From Macrostomum lignano (lineage: Eukaryota): a DNA stretch of 64,000 nucleotides. Made by a program: the position numbers and the translations under genes. Below, in pieces: positions 41,925 to 54,857 of this stretch. Numbering within the stretch: position 1 is the stretch's first letter; each line of letters begins with the position of its first letter. Under the pieces are notes generated by a model. It did no database searches and was not told the DNA's origin. It worked only from the letters and a program-made list of their open reading frames with translations. The stretch spans positions 90,912-154,911 of the forward strand of contig NIVC01002057.1 of the NCBI GenBank assembly GCA_002269645.1, given 5' to 3'.

Positions 41925-44900
41925 TCACAGTTCATTCTGCGGCTTCTCGTCCACACTCAATCTGTGCCTAAAATAGTGTATGGTCTGCAATAGTCCATCG
42001 CGCAACAATACGGTTGGTTGCCAGGCAAGCTCTCGCTTAGCAACGGAGATGTCAGGCTTACGCCTATGCGGATCGTCCTTAGCCGGCTGCAGTCGGTGGA
42101 CAGGTGCACTGGAGTTGGCCAGCGATAAAACTGTCCGAGCGAACTCGCCGATCGTGTGCTCGTCCGGATTGCCCAGATTGACAGGCTGAGAGTAGTTGCT
42201 AGCCATCAGGGCTATGAGGCCCGAGACCAGGTCGGTGACAAACTGGAACGACCGGGTCTGGTCCCCCTGACCGTAGACCGTGAGAGGCTGGCCTCGCAGC
42301 GCCTGAAGGATGAAGTTGCTCACAACCCGACCGTCGTTCATCTGCATCCGGGGACCGTAGGTGTTGAAGATTCGAGCCACTCGAATGTCCACGTTGCTGC
42401 GGCTGCAATGGCGAGTAGGGTGGGTTCGAGTTTCAGTTGCTATGCGGTATCTGGGCAGCTGGGATGATAAGGGGATCGACTAAAAACCTGGAAGGATATG
42501 GACTAATTTACGATTGGGATCTCGGGGATTTGTTAAATATGGGATCTTGGATAATCAGGGATGTGAGATAATAGGGGATTTGGGAGAGTATGATATCTGG
42601 GAGAATATGGGACCTGAAAATAGAGGATCTGGGAGAATATGGGATCTGAGAGAACAGGATATCTGGGAGAATATGGGATCTGAGAGAACAGGATATCTGG
42701 GAGAATATGGGATCTGAGAGAACATGATATCTGGGAGAATATGGGATCTGAGAGAACAGGATATCTGGGAGAATATGGGATCTGAGAATAGAGGATCTGG
42801 GAGAATATGGGATCTGAGAATAGAGGATCTGGGAGAATATGGGATCTGAGAGAACAGGATATCTGGGAGAATATGGGATCTGAGAGAACAGGATATCTGG
42901 GAGAATATGGGATCTGAGAATAGAGGATCTGGGAGAATATGGGATCTGAGAATAGAGGATCTGGGAGAATATGGGATCTGAGAGAACAGGATATCTGGGA
43001 GAATATGGGATCTGAGAATAGAGGATCTGGGAGAATATGGGATCTGAGAGAACAGGATATCTGGGAGAATATGGGATCTGAGAATAGAGGATCTGGGAGA
43101 ATATGGGATCTGAGAGAACAGGATATCTGGGAGAATATGGGATCTGAGAGAACAGGATATCTGGGAGAATATGGGATCTGAGAATAGAGGATCTGGGAGA
43201 ATATGGGATCTGAGAGAACAGGATATCTGGGAGAATATGGGATCTGAGAATAGAGAATCTGGGAGAATATGGGATCTGAGAATAGAGGATCTGGGAGAAT
43301 ATGGGATCTGAGAATAGAGGATCTGGGAGAATATGGGATCTGAGAGAACAGGATATCTGGGAGAATATGGGATCTGAGAATAGAGGATCTGGGAGAATAT
43401 GGGATCTGAGAGAACAGGATATCTGGGAGAATATGGGATCTGAGAATAGAGGATCTGGGAGAATATGGGATCTGAGAGAACAGGATATCTGGGAGAATAT
43501 GGGATCTGAGAATAGAGGATCTGGGAGAATATGGGATCTGAGAGAACAGGATATCTGGGAGAATATGGGATCTGAGAATAGAGGATCTGGGAGAATATGG
43601 GATCTGAGAGAACAGGATATCTGGGAGAATATGGGATCTGAGAATAGAGGATCTGGGAGAATATGGGATCTGAGAGAACAGGATATCTGGGAGAATATGG
43701 GATCTGAGAATAGAGGATCTGGGAGAATATGGGATCTGAGAGAACAGGATATCTGGGAGCATATGGGAAGTTAAAAGAACATACTGCGGCAGAAATAATA
43801 TAAGCTACAACTAAAGCTAAAGGATATGCTATATTCATAATTCAACTCCCCATCTCACCGTTTATAAGCGTAACACAGAGCCTCGGCAGCTCTCTTCCCC
43901 TCGTCGTAGCAGGATCTGGGCCCGATCGGGTTCACGTTGCCCCAGTAGTCCTCCGATTGAGGGTGCTTCTCGGGGTCTCCGTAGACCTCCGAGGTGCTAG
44001 CCAGGAGGAGTCGAGCTCGGGTCCGCTTAGCCAGGCCGAGCATGTTGATGGTGCCGACTAGGTTGGTTTTTAAAGTCTTCACCGGGTTCAGCTGGTAGTT
44101 TGGCGGGCTGGCGGGAGAGGCCAGGTGGTAGATCTGGTCCACCTGGGATTAGGATAAGGGTTCCGATTAGAATAGGGAATTCGCACCTTTAAATTTTTAA
44201 CCAGGTGAGAGAATTAGGATTCGTATTCGGGGGGGGGGGAATCAGGATTCGTATTCGGGGGAATCAGGATTCGTATTCGGGGGGGGGGGATCAGGATTCG
44301 TATTCGGGGGGGATCAGGATTCGTATTCAGGGGGATTAGGATTCGTATTCAGGGGGGATTAGGATTCGTATTCAGGGGGGATTAGGATTCGTATTCAGGG
44401 GGATTAGGATTCGTATTCAGGGGGGATTAGGATTCGTATTCAGGGGGATTAGGATTCGTATTCAGGGGGATTAGGATTCGTATTCAGGGGGGATTAGGAT
44501 TCGTATTCAGGGGGATTAGGATTCGTATTCAGGGGGGATTAGGATTCGTATTCAGGGGGGATTAGGATTCGTATTCAGGGGGATTAGGATTCGTATTCAG
44601 GGGGATTAGGATTCGTATTCAGGGGGATTAGGATTCGTATTCAGGGGGATTAGGATTCGTATTCAGGGGGATTAGGATTCGTATTCAGGGGGATTAGGAT
44701 TCGTATTCAGGGGGGATTAGGATTCGTATTCAGGGGGATTAGGATTCGTATTCAGGGGGGATTAGGATTCGTATTCAGAGCATTACAGCAAGCTGGACTC
44801 AGACTCGCCTCAATAAACAGCGGATTAACGATGTCGTGATGCAGCAATTCAAAGTTGGCGTGGCCAATCCAGTGCTCAATGTTGTCCCGCCTGCCAGTGA

Positions 44901-45267
44901 AAAAATTGTCGGCCACAATAACTGTATGCCCGGCGCGCAGCAGGGCATCAGCCAGGTGGCTGCCAACAAAACCGGCGCCACCGGTGATCAATATGCGCTT
45001 GCGCTGGCGCCAATCTAGGCGCGCCACAGTTGGAAAATGGCGCTTCTCTAAAGCGGACACGCGCCGTTTCAAAGTTTCAATATCTTTGATGCTGGACGAT
45101 GAGGCATCGGATGGAGCGCTGAGAAAGTGCTCGGGGTGAGCTTCGGGCACTGCGGCGGGGGTGTTGCGATTGTTGCTAGGGGGAAATCCATTGCTCAGTA
45201 AGAAGGCACTCAAGGCAAATGCGAGCAGAGTGAGGGCAAGCTTTAGCAAAGTGTTGATGCGGAACAT
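41925..45267 (-). CDS. UXS1: UDP-glucuronate decarboxylase 1 (UDP-xylose synthase), about 406 aa
   Basis: complement(join(41925..42402,43859..44142,44809..45267)) = 1221 nt. N-terminal TM anchor, [65 protein letters not shown]. Intron 1 is GC-AG. Confidence 0.97.
42510..43765. repeat. 32/33-bp two-variant minisatellite in UXS1 intron 2
   Basis: Units atctgggagaatatgggatctgagagaacaggat and atctgggagaatatgggatctgagaatagagg. Confidence 0.95.
44215..44778. repeat. 23/24-bp minisatellite in UXS1 intron 1
   Basis: Unit ggattaggattcgtattcagggg(g). Confidence 0.95.
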
Positions 45268-47281
45268 TGTTTTTGAACATGCAAAATGTGCAATAATTGA
45301 AAATAGTTATTTTTTGCAAAATTGTACAAATAAAATTTGTCTGCCTCTAACAAAATAAAATCTAAACAATGACTATAACAAGTGTTTGTCTTTGTCTAAC
45401 AATATTAATATCAAACTTTTTATACACTTGTTAAATGTCTTTAAAATGGTTTAAATCACTTACAAATAGTAAATAGTTCAAACTTATATATATACATAAT
45501 AATATTACCCTTATATTTTATTGTACAAAATTTAACTAAGATTTTAAGATTTCTTAATTCTTTTAAGCAGGGTTAAAGTTGCAATTTTAGTCAAAGATTA
45601 TGCATATGGAATGTTTTAAGAAAACTCTTCCTAACCCTAGCCCTAACCAATAGTCCAGAAAATTGTCCCTTTTTGGGATTTTTGGCAGCTTGTTCACAGG
45701 GTTCACAGCAACCTCTGAGCTAGCCTTGGCCATCTCATGCACCATCCATTTAAATTGTGCTACCCATTGATTTCCTAGAAAATCAAGTACCTATTTTGGC
45801 CTTTCCATTGAAAACATTGATTTGAATTTTGCTAAATATGGACATATATGTGGAATAATTGACTAACATGAACTATGTTCTTAGCCTTAATTCTTACTCC
45901 AACCCTAATAACCTAACCTAAAACCTAACTTAAACCCTAACCAAAATGTAACTATAAATTATTTTACCTAAAAATATAGAGTTCAAATGCTAGTTAAGTG
46001 TTTGGTAGAATGACAATTTTCATTTATTTCTGTGTAGCCCTCAAAGGTTGGGCCACAAAAATAGAGGGAAAATGGATATACTTTGAAGTCTATCCATTGG
46101 CTCTGACTAGCTGGAATCCCCTCAAGGATATCTCATAGGTCAAAATGGAGGCAAGGGTAGAAACAGATATTGGAAGTGTGCTATATGCAACAAAGCCATG
46201 AAGTGCAATTGCTTGGTCATGTAGTCTCCAGGTGGCATTTTTAATGTGCAGCAGGCTTATGTATGCTATTTACAAGGATGCTGGCAATAAGTGTACACTC
46301 TAGCATGAGGTCCAGTAAGATGCAAAGAAGTGAAAATTCAATCTTGAAGTAGATTACAGAGGCTGAAATTCTTCATCTAGGTGCCACAATATCTAAAGGT
46401 GCACTTAAAGTGTTTTAGCTTGTTAGAGTTCACAAACAAGCTGACTAGGAAATGCAACCATAGCACTAGAGACCTAAGCTTTAAGCTTTAGTGGGATGCT
46501 CTTCCATTCAATTTTTTGTATGCCAATTTTTTAGGGCCTACCAAGGACTTACAAGCAATACCTAATCTTTGCCATTCATAGATAGTTGTAGCTTCTGCAC
46601 ATTGGCACTATACTTTAAATCACTAAGCTAAAAAAACAATCTTGGCTCATATGTGATAGTCAAACTACTGATATATCAAGCATAAGTTGATCATGTTATT
46701 TAAGGGTCAGGGAGTTTAAGTGGGATAGCTAGATGGGTTCGAATGACCTATATATTGGTACCAACAAAAAGAAACTTTTTGTTGCTTGGCATGATTCTTT
46801 GGCTTGGTTAGTTCAATTAGCAGAATTGCAAAACTAGCAATAGGTAGCTAACAGCCTTCTTTGAGTATACTTGTACTTGGTAACCAAGTTTTGCTAAGTG
46901 AGCCTAGATAACATACCCAAAAATGAGGATAGGGTAAGTAATTTTGCAATAGCTAGACATAATATATCATTTGACAATAAATTTTTAAATTTTTTTATAT
47001 TTATATATATATACTCTTATTTTAATCTTCAAAATCTAAGAATTTAGATCTTTTTTTATATAACTATTTATTATTTATCAGTTTTTATAAGCTTCAATCA
47101 TACTTTCAGCTTAAACCTTAAATTTATAGCTGAGATTATAAAATGTATAATTTATTTAAATAACCATTGTATTAATAATAATAGATAAGTTGGTAGCAGA
47201 TGAGTTGATGGCAGATGCAGTGACTAGAACCCTATAGGCCTAATACAAGCCTTGTAGTGTAGATAGACCTAGGCCTAATAG

Positions 47282-48023
47282 TAGTGATGGATCGAAATTG
47301 GATTTCAATTTCAATATTCCGAATTTCAAAACTAATTTTGCATTGAAATAACTTCAATTTCAATTTTGAATTTTGACACTATTCATTGAAAATCATTTTG
47401 AAATTTTGGTTATATTTTAACAATTTAGACATTGGTGATCATGCTACACAAGTAAGAAAATCTATAGGAAGTTAAAGGAAGCGTGGTTCAAAAACTCAGT
47501 GGGGAGGTGAAAATTGCCTTTTCTATGGCCTACAAGAAAAGATTGTGCGGGGCACACACTGTTCCAGGCCTTGTGCTGTGCCCACCTCAACCTCCACAAG
47601 CCCATTGGCTAAACTCATCAGCGTGGATTTTAATTGGCTAAAGACTTAAAGCCTTAATGAAATGGATATAGGCTACTCGTATCTAGATCTTCAGCTTAAA
47701 CAGCAGTGAAGTATAATACAACTTCTACTGTATCTCTATGTATGAGTGTAGTACATAATACACCAGCATTTTCTATTTTGTATTTTTAAAGTAAGTTAAA
47801 TCTTAAGTATTCTGGTTTAAACATATCAAAGATACTTTTTATAAAACATGTAAGCTCATACATGCAGAGGCAAGGTGTTAACCTTTTTGCATGATTAGCA
47901 AAAAAGTAAAAATTTGTTAAGCTCAAAAAATTTCAATTTTGATTATGATTTCAATTTTTATTCTAAGGAACCGAAAATTTTGATTTCAATTTTGATTTGA
48001 AAAATAATTTTGATCCATCACTA
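47282..48023. mobile_element. 742-bp non-autonomous DNA transposon (MITE), hAT-like
   Basis: 18-bp TIR with 17/18 match (tagtgatggatcgaaatt at 47282-47299; aattttgatccatcacta at 48006-48023). Perfect 8-bp TSD cctaatag at 47274-47281 and 48024-48031. Confidence 0.88.
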
Positions 48024-48706
48024 CCTAATAGTATTATTATTATTAAATATACTTGGGTATACATATGTACAATATAGTTAGTATACTCTATATTTTGATG
48101 CATATTACATGGATTCAAATGTGGTATAAATTTTGAAATACATACATATTAATTATGAATGTGATTTAACATCATGTTTCGTTCAACTAATTAATACTGA
48201 TCTACTAATAACTAGGGGCCTAGGCTTAATCAAAAAGTCAACTAATCAAATAAATATAAATCAGGACTTCAAAAACTCTTTTGAACTAATTTGAATTTTT
48301 ATTATGTCCTACATTTAGACTGTTACATTATATAATATCTAGGGCCTACTCTAGTCCAGGAATAATTTTTTAGGTAACTCTGTGTATTTTACATAGTATG
48401 TAATGTAATTGTAAATTAGGTTGCATAGGTAACACGTAAAGATAAGCCAACTTTTTACTTGAAATACTAGCATACACCATCTGACCATGTTAGTTGTGTC
48501 GAGGTTCTAGATTAAGATATGTAATGTTTAGTTAGCAATGTCACAAATCACAACGTGCAGTGCAGTCCTGAACTTCTGCTAGGCCCTACCTATTCGAGTT
48601 GTTTACAAGCTGCTAAAATATTTAGTGAATATCTCAAATTAGTGACTTAAACAAATGCCTCTCTAGGCTTATCATTGCTAACGAGGCATAATAATTGATG
48701 ATACCG

Positions 48707-48898
48707 CAGAGTGGCAGATTTAAGGGGTGGCGCACAGGGCGCGCCCGGCACGGCGGCGCCCCCCGTTAAGTTTAAATTTTATTATATTTTTATATGAAGA
48801 ATACACATTATCGCATAGATATACATGTACATAATAAACATATACATGTAACTTAGTAATCTGCGCCCCCTGTTCAAAATTTTCTGGATCCGTACCTG
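48707..48898. mobile_element. About 190-bp MITE-like insertion
   Basis: Degenerate termini cagagtggcagattta and tggatccgtacctg, GC-rich subterminal gcgccccc motifs, and direct repeat tgataccgca at 48699-48708 and 48897-48906. Confidence 0.65.
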
Positions 48899-49157
48899 AT
48901 ACCGCAACCGCACCGGTTGCGGTTACTAGAATACTAGTGCAAAGATGAGTGTACATTTAACATCGATTTCGAAGAATAACCAAATTTAAATACAAAGAAT
49001 TATTTAGCCTATTTAAATAAAAAGCTATGGGTAAGCAATTTCTAAAAGAAGTATTTATGCAAAAAAAAATTTACCGTTTTACCAAGAAAATTTTTTTTTC
49101 AGTAATCTGATCGCTTAAATTATTTTGCTCATGTATTCCCTGCAATGTAAGTAGCCT

Positions 49158-49493
49158 GGGGGGGGGGCATCACAAACCCGAAAAATCACAACTCCGAAAA
49201 GCGCTTTCCATCATAAACCCGAAACATCATAACTCCGGAATTGGTAGCAACGCACATCATAAAACCGAAATATCACAAACCCGAAATATCATAACTCCGA
49301 AAGTTTAGCAATGTCCAACACTATTTCGGTTTTCGGAGTTATGATATTTCGGGTTTATGATGGGCGTTGCTAACACTTTCGGAGTTATCATATTTCAGGT
49401 TTGTGCAGTGATATTTTCGGGTTTGTGATATCTCGGGTTTATGATGGAAAGTGATTTCGGAGTTGTGATTTTTCGAGTTTATGATGGCGACCC
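49158..49493. mobile_element. 336-bp foldback-type MITE built of inverted arrays of short subrepeats
   Basis: Left arm repeats (at)catcataaacccgaaa; right arm repeats its reverse complement tttcgggtttatgatg. Termini GGG...CCC. 8-bp TSD agtagcct at 49150-49157 and 49494-49501. Confidence 0.82.
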
Positions 49494-50536
49494 AGTAGCC
49501 TATCCACAATTCCGTCTGCCAAACACGATAGAGAGAAATTGTTGGAGCAGCAAAAATGCTAACATATAATACTATGTAAATAAAAAATCCGAGAAATTTT
49601 CCCCGATGAAAAAGTTTCAGAATACCCGCATCATTTTTGTGTAACATGTATTATCTATTTCCACATGTATAGCTACACCTGATAGCAGTGCACACTTACA
49701 TGTTTAGTCAACACGCGTCGTGTTCTTTATAGTCTTGGTCTGGATGCAAATAGTTTCCTGATGTTTGCTTGGTGGAAAAACAAGGTGCATACATTTAACA
49801 TGCATTTGCACCTACATGTATAGGATTGGTTTTGAAAATTTTCAAGGTGAAAATCATTACGTTTCTTGCACAATTAATAAAGCAAAAGGACTTATTTAAG
49901 CTAACGTTGTCTGTATATCCGCAAAACATTCGAAGTACTGCAGTATTTTAATGGATTAATGAATCACGAATTTACATACACAAAGTTTGATTTCGACTTA
50001 ATAGTAAGTACATGTATAGTATGTATCATCGATCTGTAAGTGACTATTTACGATGTATTGCTCCAAGATTAGTACTTCAGTAATGCACACAGTTATACAA
50101 TAAAAAGTTATACACTGTAGCAAACTCCATCGATCATGCAATTAAGGTTCTCTCTCGTCGTAATGCATGTATAATGTACAAACTGCTTTAGAGTGCACAT
50201 ACATGTATGCATGGCATGTGCAGTTGTGTGATGGACTGTGGAAAACATATCGTTACTTGAGAATTTATTAAAATTCCCAACTCACCGTATGTTGAAGCCG
50301 TTTTTTATTTGTGCAGTTATACACGCAGGTTAAAAGGACTTTGATCAATTATCCTTTTTCATTCAAGATCCACAGCCACTACTAGAGAAAAAAATGGGTC
50401 GATGAATTCAACCTAAGACATGCATAAAAGGAAGCAAAAAACTTTCTGGTGCCTACTTGAGCTCTGAGCTCCCCAGTTCAAGCAAATATATTGCTGGCAG
50501 TGGTCAGGTGTACGTTGAGCCCTAGTTCAACTGGTT

Positions 50537-50822
<286 letters not shown>

Positions 50823-51540
50823 TGAGTTGATAGCAATGACTCGAGTTGCAAACCAAAGGCTTTATCGATTTTGGCAGAGCTGAGGCATATGCAGCACTCA
50901 TATTGCAAGCAGAAAAAATCAAAGGCAGAGTGAAATGAAGAGTTGGGGAGTTTCAGCAGGCAACCGGGGGAACAGAAATGTTCCCCTGCGCGCAGCTCTG
51001 ATGATGCAGTGAAAAAGCGAAAGAAACAGCAGGCTGCTGTCCAGAACTCGCGGGCTGTGCATGATGCTTGTGTGCGCCTGAGGGAGCTATAAGGGAGCCA
51101 GCTGTCCGTCACTGGCAGATGGCGAGGGCAGCCTGTGGTCTAAAAATAGCACGCACTCGCTGGCCAGGCCAGGGAGCTGAGACTGCAGTCAGAACTGGGC
51201 GAAACGGTTGCTGTGGCTAGGGGGGAGGGAGGGTGGGCAAAGTTGGCACACAACTATATTGAGATGGAGAGAGAGAGAGGGGGTTGTGCCTCAGGGAGGA
51301 TTGGGAGAGCCATGCAGGCTTAAAACAGACTGCCACCCTGGCACTAAGAGAGTTAAGGCCTAACAGGTTTATTGCAGCTAGATATCAATAGCTGTCACAC
51401 CTGTTTTATTCTTGTCCCGGAATCCAATTGGTTACAGAGGAAGGAAATCTATTTATAGGTCCCGTCTCCTTTCAACAATGAGGATAAATGCAGCCGTGAG
51501 AGTTAAACTGGCGGGCCGCATGCATTAGCCCAGACTCGAA

Positions 51541-53583
51541 ATGTCATCATCGCAAAAGAGCCGACGGAAACGCAGTTTGGGAAGTCTTTCAGCCAACTTC
51601 AGTGCCGCGCTGTGCTGCCTACTAATTCTAATTGTTATTCTTGTCCAGATTCTGAACGGCACTGAGGGCGGGATCTACTTTGTCACAGCCGGCCGGAATT
51701 GGTTTGGCTACGACAATATCGACAGCGGATTTTCCGACGATCCGATTGTTGAAAGAAAAATCGGCGATATTATCAGGCTGGAGGAGGGACTTTTGCCGAT
51801 GAGGATTAGAAATCTGAGCAGGTCGGGATGTGGGAACAGAATCCCGCCGCTTCTGCACCAGATTTACTCATCTGATAAGCTGCCAGTGGATTACCGAGCC
51901 TCAATTTCGGCCTGTCTGCGACTGAATCCTCAGTTTTCCTACATGCTGTGGACGGACGAAGACGCCAAGCAGTTTATGCGGACTCACTACGCCCAGTTCA
52001 TTGGTCTGTTCAATAGTTACAAACAGCCGCTGCAGAGGTCTGACGCTTTGCGCTACTTCATTCTGCATCAATTTGGAGGTAACGGCTGCTCAGAATGGCA
52101 AACTGAAGCGGTGACCCTTTGGGTACTGAAGCGTGTGACCCTTTCGATACTGAAGCGTGTGACCCTTTCGATACTGAAGCGTGTGACCCTTTCGATACTG
52201 AAGTTTGTGACCCTTTCGATACTGAAGTGTGTGACCCTTTCGATACTGAAGTGTGAGACCCTTTCGATACTGAAGTGTGAGACCCTTCCGATACTGAAGT
52301 GTGTGACCCTTTCGATACTGAAGTGTGTGAGACCCTTTCGATACTGAAGCGTGTGACCCTTTGGGTACTGAAGCGTGTGACTCTTTGGATACTGAAGCGT
52401 GTGACAGTGTGGATCCTGAAACTTTAAAGAACGTAGGCATGCTTCAGATTTCCCGCTTCAATCAGGTGTTGAATGGCATGGTGTTAAAGCAATTTTGCAC
52501 AATCATATTTAGAGAATTCTGCGACATCAACTTTTTTTGCAGGAGTGTACCTTGACATGGACGTGCACTGTTTGAGACCAATGGACTCGCTAGTCTCCAA
52601 GGAAACCTGCTTCTTCGATCAGGAAAGACCTGAGCAGAGCAGGATATTGCATGGTGTTGACTTTGCAGTGATGAACTCCGCTATTGGGTGCGTTAGACGG
52701 CACCCGTTCCTTGAGCAGGTGCTCCGGAACCTGCAGGCTGCCAGACACAGTAAGCTGATGACTGTAGCTTGTGTAGCTAGTTATACAGATAGATAGATAG
52801 ATGGATAGATAGATAGATGGATAGATAGATAGATGTATCAGATATAGATAGATGGATAGATAGATAGATGTATAGATAGATGGATAGATAGATAGATGGA
52901 TAGATAGATAGATAGATGTATAGATAGATGGATAGATAGATAGATAACAGATCAATCACCAATAAAACACCCCACAGACGCAGACATCATTCGCACCACG
53001 GGGCCGCTCTACCTAACAAGCCAGCTAAAGCTATTCCAACGCAATTACCTGATCAGCCAGCGTGGCGGACTCCGCGTACTTCAACCGTACGTGTTCTCAC
53101 CTCTGCCTGATCGATCAGCGGGCCTCCGAGATATTTGCTGTGAGTGTTGTAATGTGTCATGGAAACTGTGTCACTGGTTAGAGAGGACAGTGTCACACAC
53201 CTGTTACAGAAGTTTCACCAGTATAAGATAAACACACGCATTAAACTGTCATTTCAGCGCGTCTAACAAAACACCAGTTGACTGCCAGACAGCCGCCATC
53301 AACGTCAGCCCAGCTGAAGCTCGATGCCTGCCAACAGCTTGTGGAGGCCAACAGCAGCGCATGGATCACGGACAGAACCTTGGCGATTCACCGGTTCCTA
53401 CACCTGGGCTATGCCGGGCACAGTGCCAGGCATCGGCACAGATTCCCAGTCGATAGCCTGTTTCCGCTGGTAACAACAGCGACAAAGACGGAGTCGGGCG
53501 TAGGAGCCCGGACAGTCGGGCAGTTCAGCAGGCTGACAAAGGCCGAACTGAACGAGCTTGCGAGCGGGTGCTTCTCAGTCTAG
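51541..53583 (+). CDS. Type II membrane glycosyltransferase family 32 (DxD sugar-binding; SUR1/A4GALT-like), about 410 aa
   Basis: join(51541..52078,52543..52749,52978..53139,53258..53583) = 1233 nt, phases consistent. TM segment, RIPPLLHQIY, YMLWTDED, QRSDALRYFILHQFGGVYLDMDV, VMNSAIG...HPFL, TTGPLYLT. Confidence 0.9.
52103..52405. repeat. 24-bp minisatellite in GT32 intron 1
   Basis: Unit gatactgaagcgtgtgaccctttc. Confidence 0.92.
52786..52950. repeat. (GATA)n microsatellite in GT32 intron 2
   Basis: gatagata/gatg run. Confidence 0.93.
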
Positions 53584-53834
53584 AAGCGGATCTAGATAAC
53601 AGATCGCGCGAGTCTGTTTGAGCACTGACGCGTACACGTAGTTAGCTCCAAAGTATTTGTGCAGATTTTTTACAACACTCTTGATGCTACGAGACTCGTA
53701 CATAACGAACGTACACGGAACCGTACGAGTACGCGACGCGTATTATAGTATTTTCAGGTCTTCAGTGAGGCAATCAGCCAACCTGTTCATTCCTTTGGCT
53801 TGGTGCAGAGACTTGCGATTCTTTCCGTCTGCTT

Positions 53835-54140
53835 GCCTGTCTGTATGTGTCTGTGTGATTCTGTCTGTCTCAGTGTCTGTCTGTCTGTGTGATTCTGTCT
53901 GTCTGTGTGTTTCTGTCTGTCTGTGTGATTCTGTCTGTCTGCGTGTCTGTCTGTCTGTCTCAGTGTCTGTCTGTCTGTCTTAGTGTCTGTCTCAGTGTCT
54001 GTCTGTCTGTGTGTCTGTCTGTCTGTGTGTCTGTCTGTCCGTCTGTCTGTGTGTCTGTCTGTCTCAGTGTCTGTCTGTGTGTCTGTCTGTCTCAGTGTCT
54101 GTCTGTCTCAGTGTCTGTCTGTGTGTTTCTGTCTTTCTGT
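53835..54140. repeat. (GTCT/GT)n microsatellite after the GT32 stop
   Basis: tgtctgtctgtgtg runs. Confidence 0.9.
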
Positions 54141-54857
54141 CGCTTGAAGTTTGGAGCTTGTGAAAGCTATCCGTCTTAGCGATGGTCTTGTCCATGCATG
54201 TTACTGCTATGCTCAAAAGATGTGCGGGAGTAAATGTAAAGCTGCTCAAATTTTTTTAGCATAACGGCAAAAATAGATTTTTAGATGATAAATGCACGAG
54301 TGAACTGCAATCGCCACATTAGAGTCATAACCTGTCCTTAGTAAATTTGTTTATACTAACCGTAAATTTACTATTATGAAAAGCTAATAATAAGCTACTT
54401 AATACAGTGAGTAGTATAAACACAGTATTCTGAAAAATACAAATAAATACGTTTTACCCATAACATTAAAAAATAATAAAGTCTGAAAGAAATTAGATTT
54501 TATTTCATTCAAAGAGTATTCCATGAGAGAAATATTTGTCAAATAAATCTGTATTTTTATTAATGCATATGCATAGTTGAAATTAAAACGTGGACATAAG
54601 TTAAGCTGTAAGCACTAAAATGTAGTTCAATACAGGTATCTGACATTGAATTACAGGTGTAACCTCGTTGATTAGCAAGATAGATAGATGATTAGTCACC
54701 GTCACCTCGATCGGAAATAAAGTCATAATCTAAGCTTTTTTATAATTAAATAAACGATTACAGATAATAAATAGAAAGTATAATGCATAATTCAATATTC
54801 GAAACACTGATTCTGCAAGTCTGAATGAGTCTGCAAGTCGCGCCCAGTCAAAGCTAC

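Noticed and set aside
40539-43838. ALEIAQADEALGML and SQIPYSPR repeat ORFs
   Set aside because: Minisatellite translations in intergenic DNA and UXS1 intron 2.
45630-45945. Telomere-like cctaaccc motifs
   Set aside because: Only a few scattered degenerate copies and no definable element boundaries.
52079-52347. Read-through of the GT32 ORF into KRVTLSIL repeats
   Set aside because: A 24-bp unit keeps the frame open by chance; GT at 52079 and AG at 52542 restore the conserved GGVYLDMD.
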